DNA from: a virus
IMG/VR virus record: IMGVR_UViG_3300028780_000001
Reading direction: 5' to 3' (one strand)
Length of the DNA stretch: 64,000 nucleotides
The translations under genes were made by a program, and so were the position numbers. Below are positions 51,419-61,526 of this stretch, piece after piece. Below the pieces are notes generated by a model. The model was not told the DNA's origin and did no database searches. It was given only the letters and a program-made list of their open reading frames with translations. The first letter of the stretch is position 1, and the number at the start of each line of letters is the position of its first letter.

Positions 51419-54040
51419 TTACAGTTCGGCATCGAGCGCTATATTTGCCAACGCCAAAAACAGACCGGCGGCGGGGGTATTCGCGTTCGGAGTAATGTTG
51501 TTGCTTGTCGCGCCGCAGCCAATCGACGTCACGTTACTGGAACTAGAAATGTTAGCTGTTACGGCTGGCGTCGTGCGCATCGAAACTGGAATAGGAAGGC
51601 CTGACGTCGTGGCATTCCCCGCCGAAGGGTTGTATCCTGCTATGGCAATCCCGTTGAATCCGATGCTGTTGTGATAGCGAAGACATCGATATCCTGTAAT
51701 TCCGACATCTTCTTCTTCGAACGGCGTGCAAACAGAACCAGCCTCAAGTTGGACTTTTGTAACCCCAATCGTCGCGCCAACGGTCTGACTCCATTGTGTA
51801 GTCCCGGTGGCGCACAAGAAAGCCCCACCAGACTGCCACACATTAAGAGTCGAAGTTGCAATTCCTCCGTTGTTGATACCGCCGATGCGCAACCAAAGGC
51901 CCATTGCACTTGAACGCGGAATTGTCGCCCCGGACGGAATCGCGGGCCAGTTTATATTTACCAGTTTCGGGGTATTTGCTACGGCAGTGAACGTCCCTAC
52001 GATGCTGAAGTTTGATGTACTGTCGCAAAGTGAAACGGAATAAGTACCGCTAATGCTTGCCGTGAACAGGAACTGGACTGATATCGGCTGACCAACCATA
52101 TCGTAACAGTTGAACCCTTCAATCTGTTGCGTGATTCCGATCCAGTTATTAGTCCCGGAAAAGCTAGACGCTGCGCTTACACTCGAAGCTTGGGCGGTAC
52201 TGTACGTTACACCGTTAAAAGTTAGGGTTCCAGAAGAAAGGCTGTAGCTTCCGCCCGCGCCGTTGACCGCGCCGCAGTAACGATCGGGTCCGCCATATAC
52301 GCGCGCTCCTGCAATCGTTACTGCGGCGCGTTGCGCGAACATGCACTGGCCGTTAATTATCTTGTTCTTTCCCGATGCAGCGCTAATCTGCTGCGATCCG
52401 TCCGAGAAAGTAAGCGGGCCGCTCGCGATTGTTGGATTCGCCGTACTCATGGACGATGTCGCGGCGAACGACGCCTCTTGCGAATAGAGCGTCGCAAACG
52501 CGCTGTTTTCGATCTTAATACGCTTAAACCCAACCCCCAACGCAGTAGCTGCAACCGACCCGCCGCTAATCGACTTTGTCAGTTGTACGTACGCGGTGTT
52601 TGCCGGTGTCGTGCCGGTGGCGGTCTCGCGCGTGAAGGCGGTTCCGTTGGCGAGTGTGATTGAGCACACCGTACCAAGGTTGGCATTTGCCGAACTGAAG
52701 GCCGTCAACGTCAATGCGATGGTTCCGCTGGTCACACCGCTGGTTAGAATATCGCCAGTAAGAGACAGGGGGACCGCTGCGCCAACCGGGATGTTCTGAG
52801 AGACGTCGCTTGCTGCAGTCGTGAGCGCTAGGATGTTCGAAAACATAGAACCGCCCGCGCCCGTAGCGTCGTTCTGACCGCTGAACGTGGTACCGGTCCA
52901 GCCGATATTTCCGAATTCACCCGTACTGTTGTAGAGCAGGTTGGAATGTCCCTTGGCGCCGATCAAACCAGAAATCGTCGTATCACTTCCGATCGTCGCA
53001 CCGCCAGCGACATTCAACGCGCCAGCTACGCCAGCGCCGCCAGCGACGATCAGGGCACCTGTCGTCGGCGACGTGGAAGCCGTAGCATTGGTCACGTCTA
53101 CGGCACCCGCAAACGTCGAGGCGACCGCAGCGTTCGTTGTCGCTACATGGTCGGAAGATACGAGACCAGACGCATTGATCGCGCCGCCTACGCCTACGCC
53201 GCCCGCAACGATCAGGGCGCCCGTGGTAGGGGAAGTTGACGCGGTCGCAGACACGATATCAACGGCGCCGTCAAGCGTCGCGGTACCTCCTACCGAAAGA
53301 TTACCGGTCGAATTGATTGCACCGCCGACGCCGACGCCACCCGTAACGACGAGCGCGCCGGTTGACGGAGAAGTGGACGCGGTAGCGGCAGCGACCGACG
53401 CGGTTTGGGTAGTGACCTTTTGGGCGACCTGAAGATTCTTGCTGATACCGACGCCACCCGTAACGATCAGGGCGCCCGTTGTCGGGCCGGTCGTATCAGT
53501 CGTCGCGGTTATCTGCGCGGCACCCGCCACGTTTAGGGTCTCGCCGACGGTAAGGTTATCGCCGACCGTAACCGACAGAGCGACGCCAAGGCCACCCTCA
53601 ACGATGATTGCGCCCGTCGTCGTGCTGGTCGAGTCTTCGGTACTGGCAGCTTCGATCGGATCGGTTACGGTCAACGAGCCCGCGATGCCAACGGAGCCGC
53701 CGATATTGACGTTTCCGCCAATACCAACGCCGCCAATCACGACGATTGCGCCTGTCGTATTACTAGTCGATTGGGTCGTGGCGTTGGCGATCACCTCACC
53801 CTCGACCGTGACGTCTCCGCCGACCTGCATGTCGAGTTCAACCCCCACGCCTCCCGCGACCGTGAGCGCGCCGGTAACTGGTGACGTCGAATCGGCTGTT
53901 CCGGTAATCTGAAGGGACGTAAGGCCCGCGATCGTACCGCCTGTGATTGCAGCTTCCGCCGCGTCGACCTTTGCGTCGAACGAAGCGTTAAGCGCGGCTG
54001 CGGTTAGAATCTGACCAGGCGTATAGTTAGACGTGCTCAT
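51419..54040 (-). CDS. repeat-rich tail fibre (873 aa)
   Basis: Seven S-x-T-T-G-A-L/I-x-V-x-G-G-x-G-V repeats in aa ~49-347, non-repetitive C-terminal half. Confidence 0.7.
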   Translation of the reverse strand: MSTSNYTPGQILTAAALNASFDAKVDAAEAAITGGTIAGLTSLQITGTADSTSPVTGALTVAGGVGVELDMQVGGDVTVEGEVIANATTQSTSNTTGAIVVIGGVGIGGNVNIGGSVGIAGSLTVTDPIEAASTEDSTSTTTGAIIVEGGLGVALSVTVGDNLTVGETLNVAGAAQITATTDTTGPTTGALIVTGGVGISKNLQVAQKVTTQTASVAAATASTSPSTGALVVTGGVGVGGAINSTGNLSVGGTATLDGAVDIVSATASTSPTTGALIVAGGVGVGGAINASGLVSSDHVATTNAAVASTFAGAVDVTNATASTSPTTGALIVAGGAGVAGALNVAGGATIGSDTTISGLIGAKGHSNLLYNSTGEFGNIGWTGTTFSGQNDATGAGGSMFSNILALTTAASDVSQNIPVGAAVPLSLTGDILTSGVTSGTIALTLTAFSSANANLGTVCSITLANGTAFTRETATGTTPANTAYVQLTKSISGGSVAATALGVGFKRIKIENSAFATLYSQEASFAATSSMSTANPTIASGPLTFSDGSQQISAASGKNKIINGQCMFAQRAAVTIAGARVYGGPDRYCGAVNGAGGSYSLSSGTLTFNGVTYSTAQASSVSAASSFSGTNNWIGITQQIEGFNCYDMVGQPISVQFLFTASISGTYSVSLCDSTSNFSIVGTFTAVANTPKLVNINWPAIPSGATIPRSSAMGLWLRIGGINNGGIATSTLNVWQSGGAFLCATGTTQWSQTVGATIGVTKVQLEAGSVCTPFEEEDVGITGYRCLRYHNSIGFNGIAIAGYNPSAGNATTSGLPIPVSMRTTPAVTANISSSSNVTSIGCGATSNNITPNANTPAAGLFLALANIALDAEL

Positions 54041-54675
54041 GATAGTCTGCTCGTATCCAGAGTAAAGGGGTTCCCAAGTCCGTCGATAAGCGCGCCGGAA
54101 ACAATAGGCGTGATGCTACCGACCGCAGCCGAAATAGCTTTCGTGAGTGTGGCGAGGGGAACGACAGAAGGCGGGTTTGCGATGCTGATTCCATACGTCG
54201 ATTCGTCGGCCGGTTGTTCGGGTGCGTAACCGGTAGATTCGGCCGGTTGTGCCTGTTCGAAAACGACCACAATGCGCACGGCGGAAATCATTTCGCCTGA
54301 CTGCTCTATATCGCATTCGGACATCACCATAGACCGCGTGATTACCGACTTGGTATTGATCGACATCGTTGCTGTCAGGTTGCTGAAATAGGATATTACA
54401 CTCTTTACGGTCGACAAGTCGGAGCACAACGCCGTCACTCGAACGCGGTCTGGCGAAATGATTTTTACACTCGCGATGTCCGCCGAAAGGATCGACTGAT
54501 AGACCGTCGAATCATTAATCTGCTGGTTAGACAGCGGCTGATCAGTGTTGTCAGACGGCGTAGTAATCTCGACGTCGACTATCCCAAGGTCCGTCCAGAT
54601 AGCGGAACCGGTCGAATCGTCGGTAACCGAAAAAGAAGGCGCACCGAGTACGGTTGAGAGGATTGAGCCGGGCAT
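54037..54675 (-). CDS. tail protein, paralogue of 54698-55312
   Basis: AAGGGGG RBS before ATG 54675; shared N- and C-terminal motifs with neighbour. Confidence 0.5.
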   Translation of the reverse strand: MPGSILSTVLGAPSFSVTDDSTGSAIWTDLGIVDVEITTPSDNTDQPLSNQQINDSTVYQSILSADIASVKIISPDRVRVTALCSDLSTVKSVISYFSNLTATMSINTKSVITRSMVMSECDIEQSGEMISAVRIVVVFEQAQPAESTGYAPEQPADESTYGISIANPPSVVPLATLTKAISAAVGSITPIVSGALIDGLGNPFTLDTSRLS

Positions 54676-54697
54676 TACGCGCCCCCTTTGATCGTAT

Positions 54698-55312
54698 TCA
54701 TCCGAGCACGCTCGAATCGAGAACGAACGAACCGCCAGAGACATCAACCAGTGCGTCGCCAACAACCGGAACGATCACGGAAGCGGCCGTCGCGGCAATG
54801 GACGCCGCCAATCCCCCGACAGACTGCACCGCCGAAGAAATCGTCTGAAGACCCTTGTCAATCAGTGTCGAGTCGGCGGGTTGCGCAACGGTCTGCTGGC
54901 CCGTGCTGCTTTTGTTCTGCGTCAACAGTTCCTTGAATGCCAGTCTGACCGGGCTCGCCGACAACATATCGGCAGTTTGCTTGATCGCGGCTTCGTTCAT
55001 CATCATGTTGCGAAGCACCAGGCCGCGCGACTTGATTGTGTACGTGCTCGTGCGATCGAGCAGGGCAGAGTTAAGCATGGCGAGACTGTCGAGCGTCGGC
55101 GCGAACACGTCGATTTCCGTCACCATCGGCTCGACAACGCGCGCATCGACAACCGTTGTTCCGTCTTCCCGCTTGTGGCGAAAAATCTTCGAGCGCAGCT
55201 TTATCACGACCTTTGACACGCCGCACGCCTGTGCGATGTTGATCGCTGTCGCATCGCTGGTGACGGTCAGGGAAGGCGCCGAAAGTGCGCTCGAAAGGAT
55301 CGTGTTCGCCAT
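54698..55312 (-). CDS. tail protein, paralogue of 54037-54675
   Basis: MANTILSSALSAPSLTVT... / ...GDALVDVSGGSFVLDSSVLG. Confidence 0.5.
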   Translation of the reverse strand: MANTILSSALSAPSLTVTSDATAINIAQACGVSKVVIKLRSKIFRHKREDGTTVVDARVVEPMVTEIDVFAPTLDSLAMLNSALLDRTSTYTIKSRGLVLRNMMMNEAAIKQTADMLSASPVRLAFKELLTQNKSSTGQQTVAQPADSTLIDKGLQTISSAVQSVGGLAASIAATAASVIVPVVGDALVDVSGGSFVLDSSVLG

Positions 55313-55318
55313 GGCGCT

Positions 55319-55816
55319 TTACAGCAGAGGTCCGATGTTTTGTGCGACGCTCTGGACGAGTTCAGACGCGCTCTGAGCCCCCGCGAACGTCCCGAACACG
55401 AAGTGATAGACATTCCCCTTCTTGCGCCCTTGCGCGGTCAGGGAGTCGGCCAGAGCGCCGGAAAGAATGGTACCGTTCGACATCGCGACCTTGCCGCCAT
55501 CCGCGTAGCAAATGACGCACGATGTCGTGTCCACGATCGGCAACAATTGCGGGCTCGACTTGCGCATTTGCATCAGGACTTTCAGGTTAGAGTCGTCGCT
55601 GCTGTTCGGTATGACGCCTACAGAAAGAAGCAGTGGAGACGTCTTATCGAACGTGAAAATCGATCCGTCGTAAAGCTTTTCGTACCCCGAAACTTCTGTG
55701 TTCTCGACATTCAGCGCGTCTTCATCATCCGCGAAAGACGACAGGGTGAAGCCGACCGGAAACGACGTCGTTGCAATAATCGTTATGCCGGTCCCGAAAC
55801 CGCTGATATCGATCAT
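55319..55816 (-). CDS. second tail-tube-like protein (paralogue of 56847-57314)
   Basis: DISGFG...ATTSFPVGF..SSFADDEDAL aligns with tube N-terminus. Confidence 0.5.
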   Translation of the reverse strand: MIDISGFGTGITIIATTSFPVGFTLSSFADDEDALNVENTEVSGYEKLYDGSIFTFDKTSPLLLSVGVIPNSSDDSNLKVLMQMRKSSPQLLPIVDTTSCVICYADGGKVAMSNGTILSGALADSLTAQGRKKGNVYHFVFGTFAGAQSASELVQSVAQNIGPLL

Positions 55817-55822
55817 GCGCTA

Positions 55823-56071
55823 TTACGCGGCCGGTGCAACGTTGGCGGCGTCCTTTTGAAGTTGTTCGGCTGCAGCCTGAAGTGCGACCGCTTCTTCAGC
55901 GATCTGCGCGGACGTTTTATGGACAACAACAGATTCCGGCGTCGGACCGGTCGAAATCGGATGCGCCGTGAGAGGGGCTTCTGCCTGAAGCACTGACGAA
56001 GGCTTCGACGCCTTGAAATTCTTGACGTCGATGTTGATCACGCCGTGCGATACAGATTGTGCGGTCATCAT
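55823..56071 (-). CDS. hypothetical structural protein
   Basis: ORF in structural operon. Confidence 0.45.
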   Translation of the reverse strand: MMTAQSVSHGVINIDVKNFKASKPSSVLQAEAPLTAHPISTGPTPESVVVHKTSAQIAEEAVALQAAAEQLQKDAANVAPAA

Positions 56072-56076
56072 TTCAC

Positions 56077-56487
56077 CTATACGGATGCTTGATTTGATGT
56101 CGAAGTGTTCGATACGGTGATCTGGTCATAGATCGTCGTCACGTCCGCTTCGTACGTAAACTGGGCCTCACTCAGGCCGCTGTTCGGATTGATCGCCGTC
56201 GTCGGTGTGATCGTCAACGACGAAATCCCCGTGACGTCCGGGGCTTCGAGAATGTTATTTTCGAGCGACTCGCGCGCCAGGTCGTAATCCGGCTGGGGCG
56301 TAAATACCGTTCCAAAATAGTCGACTCCATCCGCCGTGTTGTACTGGTTTTCGCCGAGTACCATCAACGTTTTTTGCAGGATGTTTTGTGCGCACGCGGG
56401 CGCTCCGGTCAGAAAGCCAAGGTTGCGGCCGTCAACCAGATACATATCATTGTTTTCGTTGCATGCGATGGTCATGGTTGCCATCAA
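56077..56487 (-). CDS. hypothetical structural protein
   Basis: ATGA overlap with upstream gene. Confidence 0.5.
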   Translation of the reverse strand: MMATMTIACNENNDMYLVDGRNLGFLTGAPACAQNILQKTLMVLGENQYNTADGVDYFGTVFTPQPDYDLARESLENNILEAPDVTGISSLTITPTTAINPNSGLSEAQFTYEADVTTIYDQITVSNTSTSNQASV

Positions 56488-56843
56488 ATCACCCCAGCTT
56501 GAAGCGCATCCGTGAACTCCGCTATTTCATCCTGTTCGAGGTAGTACAGATTGCACGACGCACTAAACTCGGTCCAGTCTGCGTCGCTGTCGAACATGAA
56601 GTTGCCGAAATTCGGCTGATACATGTAAGGGTAAGGAAGCAGACCGATACCGCCGAAACAGCGAATTCCGTTTATAAGCGGAAAAGGACTTGCCGAACCG
56701 GCGGGGTCGGTTGATAGAACAGAACGGCTCACGTCCGCACACATATGATTCACGGCCTGATAGACGTGAATCGTCCACAAAACCCCGTCTGCGTTGAACG
56801 AGATTTGCTGGTTAGGTACCTGTTCGAGCGGAATCGCGAGCAT
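56484..56843 (-). CDS. hypothetical structural protein
   Basis: ORF in structural operon. Confidence 0.5.
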   Translation of the reverse strand: MLAIPLEQVPNQQISFNADGVLWTIHVYQAVNHMCADVSRSVLSTDPAGSASPFPLINGIRCFGGIGLLPYPYMYQPNFGNFMFDSDADWTEFSASCNLYYLEQDEIAEFTDALQAGVI

Positions 56844-56846
56844 GCA

Positions 56847-57314
56847 TTACGCCGTCGTTCCCGGCGGGTTCTGGCGCGTCACCTGGCCGAACTTGAACGA
56901 AAAACGCTTGCTCTTCGCCTTGCCCTCTGCGGTACCCGACTGGACAACCGGACCGGTCACCATCTTGCCGTCCGAGCACGTCACGACCATGCCGTTCGGA
57001 TACGTCCAGACGATAGTAATTTCGTCCTGCGCGCTCGTCTTGCCCTTCGCAACGCGGTTGGCATCTTCGAGAACGGTCAGGTTCACGTCGTCGTTGGACT
57101 GCGGAATGATGGTCGTGGTGATTTCGACCAGTTGCGGCCGGGACCATGTCACGGTATCGCCGTTCGGGCCGATCGCCATATCAGCGATTTCCAGGTCGGG
57201 CGAATCGAGCGGGTCGCCGTCGTTGGCGAATGCCGTGATGTTGATACCGTTCGGGAAGGTTGTCGAGGCGACGACGTTGGCTTCTAGGCCAAATACGCTA
57301 ATGTCTTGAGCCAT
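56847..57314 (-). CDS. tail tube protein
   Basis: ~155 aa directly after sheath gene. Confidence 0.6.
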   Translation of the reverse strand: MAQDISVFGLEANVVASTTFPNGINITAFANDGDPLDSPDLEIADMAIGPNGDTVTWSRPQLVEITTTIIPQSNDDVNLTVLEDANRVAKGKTSAQDEITIVWTYPNGMVVTCSDGKMVTGPVVQSGTAEGKAKSKRFSFKFGQVTRQNPPGTTA

Positions 57315-57347
57315 TGCATAAACTCCTGTGTGATTCGGATTGTACCG

Positions 57348-57388
57348 GTCGAAGGGGTTCGACTAGCGCCGAAAACCCCTTCTTCGAC
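57348..57388 (-). promoter_or_regulatory. intercistronic stem-loop between sheath and tube genes
   Basis: GTCGAAGGGGTT 57348-57359 pairs AACCCCTT(CT)TCGAC 57374-57388; no U-tract. Confidence 0.55.
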
Positions 57389-57392
57389 AGCG

Positions 57393-58913
57393 TTAGATCA
57401 TCACATCGGAGCCGACAACCGACCGGATAGCGTCCGACTTCGAGTACACGAACTGGTAATTTGCAACCCATTCCGTAAGCTCGCTGTTCGGGTTCTCTTG
57501 CGACGTGAACGTGATCGACAGCCAGTATCCCAGCGTCTGAACCTGACGCCATGCCGTCGTGTCGCCAGTGATCGACGAAATCAACTGTTGCTGTACGGCG
57601 CTCAACGGCTTGCCGACGGAAATTACACCGTTGGTCTTCGCCGTCTGGATCGTCGGCGTCATGACGCCTAGCAGCATCGCGGCGCCGCTGTCGTCGGCCG
57701 GTACTTCAGGCACGTTCAGGAACAGGCTCATGAATTGCGCGCTGAAAGACGACTTCAGCCACATTTCATTCGCGAAGGTGTTCATATCGGTAGCGGCTTG
57801 CGATCCGCCGCAGAGAACGCCGCGCTGATAAAACGCCAGTTGTTGACCGGCCGACTGCGTCACGCCGATATAGTTTCCTCGCGATGCATCGACCAGGTTC
57901 GCCGTGTTGTCGTCGGACACTGTAATGTTCCGGTTGGCGAACTGGTAGTACATGTAATTCTGCGACGCAGCCGCCTGACTATAGTTTGTCGCCGCGAGGA
58001 TTTCGCCCGGCGACTGCTCGATATAGTCATTGGCCTGGGTCGTCGACAGGATGTTGATTCCGACGCCGCTAAAGCCGCCGATCAGCGCAAACAGCGTTTG
58101 CAGGTTCGCCAGCGGCGTCGCGAGCAAATACATGTACTGGTTGTTCTGCGAATCGGTCCACGCCGAAATCGCTTCGATCTGCGTGTTCGTGAGCGGGGTC
58201 GACGGCGTGCAGTATGCGAACGAACCGAAGTTGTTCGAGATTGCGGCCGAACTGGAAATCGCGACGTCAGGCGTTGCCGCAGCTTGACCCGGTACAAGGA
58301 TTGTGCCGCCGGTCGTCCATCCCAATAGCGCGGAGATATCGGTCGACAGTCCCGTCGGGGTTGCCGACAACGTCCCGGCACCCGAATTCGATCCGGTCAG
58401 GACGAACTGGTTCGTGTTGGTGTTATAGGTCACCGTGCAGTTCGTCAACTGCGTATCGACGTTTAGGCGAAGAGCCGTTTGCAGTGCAGCCGCGACCGCC
58501 GTCAAGGTCGAGCAGCCAGCGAACGATATAGCCGAGATCGGGATCGCTGTCGCGCCGTCATTCAACGTCAACGTGCCGGTTGTAACGCTCACGAACGAAG
58601 CGAGTACCTTGGCGATCGTGTCGCCGACGATCATCGGGGCGATAGCGGTCGAGACCCAGCGCACGAAGCTGATCAGGGACGGGCTATTGATCTTCTTGTT
58701 GACGAACGAGAAGTACGCTTGCGCACGCAGGTACTCTTCGGACTGCGTACCGAAGTATGCGCCGACAGATAGCGCGTTCGAGAACTGGGCGACAAGGCCC
58801 GGCGGAAGCACTGAGTTCTGCGTAACGAGTCGCAGGATTAGCTGGCGCTGCGCGACCGCCGCGCCCGCGCCTACGCCGGAAATGATGCTGATATACCTGC
58901 TCATCGAAATCAT
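57393..58913 (-). CDS. tail sheath protein
   Basis: 506 aa, followed by tube; N-terminal pattern as remembered for DUF3383-type sheaths. Confidence 0.7.
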   Translation of the reverse strand: MISMSRYISIISGVGAGAAVAQRQLILRLVTQNSVLPPGLVAQFSNALSVGAYFGTQSEEYLRAQAYFSFVNKKINSPSLISFVRWVSTAIAPMIVGDTIAKVLASFVSVTTGTLTLNDGATAIPISAISFAGCSTLTAVAAALQTALRLNVDTQLTNCTVTYNTNTNQFVLTGSNSGAGTLSATPTGLSTDISALLGWTTGGTILVPGQAAATPDVAISSSAAISNNFGSFAYCTPSTPLTNTQIEAISAWTDSQNNQYMYLLATPLANLQTLFALIGGFSGVGINILSTTQANDYIEQSPGEILAATNYSQAAASQNYMYYQFANRNITVSDDNTANLVDASRGNYIGVTQSAGQQLAFYQRGVLCGGSQAATDMNTFANEMWLKSSFSAQFMSLFLNVPEVPADDSGAAMLLGVMTPTIQTAKTNGVISVGKPLSAVQQQLISSITGDTTAWRQVQTLGYWLSITFTSQENPNSELTEWVANYQFVYSKSDAIRSVVGSDVMI

Positions 58914-58939
58914 GAATGTGACTCCACTTGGGTGATTGG

Positions 58940-59506
58940 TTACTGTTTCGGCTTCTGTTTGCCGTTGACTGAGCTTGCTACGCCTTGCCAGGCTTGAGAA
59001 GTGTCGATCAGCGGTTTGTCGAAGCCCTTCTGTTCAATCGTCGATTTCGCGTTGGGAGCCCAGTCACCGTCTCGAATAGCGTCGACGATACAGCCTTCGA
59101 GTTCGAGCGCGATTTGGCCTAGAACCTTTTCGGGAGCAAGCTTGCCTTTCAGCAAATCTTCGGCCATGCGCGCCTGAATTTTCTTTCGTCTTTGAAGAAA
59201 TCGCGAGTACGCCAATTGCATAAACGGACGGGGCGGAATTCTGATTATTTTCCCATCCTTACGCTTGATCGTTGCGCCGAAATTCTGTATACGCATGATC
59301 CATGCGATAGACATGCCGACTTTTTTCGGGTCTATTTCGCGATCTTTCGTTTTAACCTTTTTTCCCTGCCTATCCTTTACCGTTTTACCGCTCACCTTAC
59401 CGGCTTTATAGCGGGCCGATTCGAACCAGCCAGCTTCTATTTCGTTCTGCTTTCCAAGCGCCTGAAGCGCGGCTATATGACGGTCGACGAGTCGTGTTTT
59501 TGCCAT
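58940..59506 (-). CDS. head-tail joining/tail completion-like protein
   Basis: Position between head-tail genes and sheath. Confidence 0.45.
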   Translation of the reverse strand: MAKTRLVDRHIAALQALGKQNEIEAGWFESARYKAGKVSGKTVKDRQGKKVKTKDREIDPKKVGMSIAWIMRIQNFGATIKRKDGKIIRIPPRPFMQLAYSRFLQRRKKIQARMAEDLLKGKLAPEKVLGQIALELEGCIVDAIRDGDWAPNAKSTIEQKGFDKPLIDTSQAWQGVASSVNGKQKPKQ

Positions 59507-59508
59507 GG

Positions 59509-60165
59509 CTATACAGGGAAAGTGCCCGCTCCCTTGATACCCTCGACGACGGCACCCTGAACAATGTTTGTTGCGGGTATCGTCACTGCCAGTTGCGCCT
59601 GATACTGAACGATCAGGTCGAATGAAGGCGTCGCTTCGTAAATGTCGCGATCGTCTTTATCCCACGGATTGCGGACGGTACCGACCTTCAGTACCGATAC
59701 GTTACTCGTGCGCGTCAGTTGCTTGACGATCGTGCGCATGTTCAGGTACTGAGCGCAATAACGCACGACGTCGAGCGCGGTCGGCAATGTCAGGTCTGAA
59801 GGGTTCTGGATTACCATGGCCGAAACCTGAAAATGCGCTTCGATCCACTGCTTTTCCGTCTTCGTGTAAGTACCCTGCGGATTGGGCGGCGTATCCGGCG
59901 TCGGCGGGTTATACGTGCTCTGAACAGCGGGCCAGCCGTACCGATCGTCAAACTGACGCTCAAGGTAGATCGTCCCTGCGGTAACGGCACCCTGCGGCGA
60001 CGGCTGATCGCGTTGCACGGTGAGATAGTTCCAACCGGCGAGAGCGGACGCCGCGTCGAGCGTATCGGCGACCAGGGCGAACAGTGTATTGTCGGTGTAG
60101 AGCGTCGTCACAGTACTGGGCCGGTTGCGCCGTTCTTTATGCGGCATGCGAGAACGGTCGACCAT
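59509..60165 (-). CDS. hypothetical structural protein (alt GTG start 60111 overlapping upstream TGA)
   Basis: ORF; long form overlaps upstream gene by 58 nt. Confidence 0.5.
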   Translation of the reverse strand: MVDRSRMPHKERRNRPSTVTTLYTDNTLFALVADTLDAASALAGWNYLTVQRDQPSPQGAVTAGTIYLERQFDDRYGWPAVQSTYNPPTPDTPPNPQGTYTKTEKQWIEAHFQVSAMVIQNPSDLTLPTALDVVRYCAQYLNMRTIVKQLTRTSNVSVLKVGTVRNPWDKDDRDIYEATPSFDLIVQYQAQLAVTIPATNIVQGAVVEGIKGAGTFPV

Positions 60166-60497
60166 CCATCCTGTTGAAACCAGTTCTCGCCATCCGCGAA
60201 GGCGTACAGGTCTCCGTTATAGATGAAACGGTCGCCGCTCGTGTCGCGATCGAGCGCGACCATTGCGAGAGACGCCCATACGCGTACGTAGAATTTGTTG
60301 AAATCAAGCCCCTCCTTCTGGTAGTTCGCTCGCGGTACTGCCTGGACGCTTGCAGAAAGGGTTGCTGCCTCGCCAAACGAAGCGATCCACTGACGCGCCG
60401 TATTCATCGTACGGCCGGTCGTGGCGTAATACTGTACCGATCCGAACTTGATCAGCTTGCGCGCGCGCTTGAGAAGGTTCGAGCCCGGATTGCTCAC
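60108..60497 (-). CDS. hypothetical structural protein
   Basis: ATGA overlap upstream. Confidence 0.5.
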   Translation of the reverse strand: MSNPGSNLLKRARKLIKFGSVQYYATTGRTMNTARQWIASFGEAATLSASVQAVPRANYQKEGLDFNKFYVRVWASLAMVALDRDTSGDRFIYNGDLYAFADGENWFQQDGWSTVLACRIKNGATGPVL

Positions 60498-60964
60498 CAG
60501 AAAGTACCCCCAGCCTTGCGAAAGCCGCTGCGTTCTGGCGTCGGATTACCGCCGATATATAGACCGCCGACGGCCTTGACCGCCAGCAGTGCGAGCAACT
60601 GTTGACCGTACCGCGTCTGATTCAGCCAGTAGCGCCATGGGTCATCGTCGATCGGCGGAGGGAGACTTCCAACAGAGACCGAACCGACAGAAGCCGATGT
60701 CTCGATCGATCCCGGTTCGCCCGGGTCTTCTCCCTCATCGACGTTGTTCTGATCGGCGGTGAAAAGGGTAAGGATGTGCGCGCACAACAGGTCGAGCGCC
60801 AACTGCAAAGAGTTGCCGTTCAGGATGTTGAACGAAGAATCGTACGTGCTGATATAGTCTGAAGCCACTCCCCAGTACGTCAAGATTGTGGCTTCAGGAT
60901 ATGTTGCAGCATTCCCAAAAACGGTGAATAGCGCTCGAAAATTCGTGTCGTTGTACGCGGGCAC
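60494..60964 (-). CDS. head-tail connector-like protein (DUF4054-like by eye)
   Basis: Position after capsid genes. Confidence 0.45.
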   Translation of the reverse strand: MPAYNDTNFRALFTVFGNAATYPEATILTYWGVASDYISTYDSSFNILNGNSLQLALDLLCAHILTLFTADQNNVDEGEDPGEPGSIETSASVGSVSVGSLPPPIDDDPWRYWLNQTRYGQQLLALLAVKAVGGLYIGGNPTPERSGFRKAGGTFW

Positions 60965-60967
60965 GGC

Positions 60968-61441
60968 TTACGCTCCCCATTCCTGGGCGATTTCCTTCAT
61001 CGGGGTTTTGACCTTGATTCGTTGTGCGACCGAATCCTTGGTCAGTTGCGCCTGGTTGTCGGACGGCTTCATGTTGTCTTCGACGACGCGGGCGATCGCT
61101 TTGTGATTGCTCGAAATGTCTCGATTGACGACTTCCATGCGACCATTTTTAAGGTGCTTTTGGAACAGCCAATGACCCTTCAGACTCTCGTACTGATCTT
61201 CCGTGATGGACGTCACAACGCCGCGCGCGGTCCACAAAACGTTTCCGTTTAAATCCTGAGTCTGTTCGCCGAAACCAAGACGCTGGCTAGGCCGATTGGC
61301 GCCGCCGCGAATGGTGATGGTTTCTTCGTTAATCGGCGCGACGATACGCGGTCCCTTTTCAGGGTTTTCCAGACCGATCGTGCGATACACACGATACGAC
61401 ATGGAATTCGTCATGGTCGACAAGATGTAAACGTTGGACAT
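60968..61441 (-). CDS. hypothetical head-associated protein
   Basis: First gene after capsid terminator. Confidence 0.5.
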   Translation of the reverse strand: MSNVYILSTMTNSMSYRVYRTIGLENPEKGPRIVAPINEETITIRGGANRPSQRLGFGEQTQDLNGNVLWTARGVVTSITEDQYESLKGHWLFQKHLKNGRMEVVNRDISSNHKAIARVVEDNMKPSDNQAQLTKDSVAQRIKVKTPMKEIAQEWGA

Positions 61442-61496
61442 TTTGAAACCTCTTTATCAAGTCCGGGTATGGTGCTCGAAGGCTTACCGGATCGGT

Positions 61497-61526
61497 AGAA
61501 AAGCGCGAGGTTTTAAACCTCGCGCT
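61497..61526 (-). terminator. intrinsic terminator after major capsid gene
   Basis: Minus strand AGCGCGAGGTTT/AAACCTCGCGCT perfect hairpin followed by TTTTC. Confidence 0.75.
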
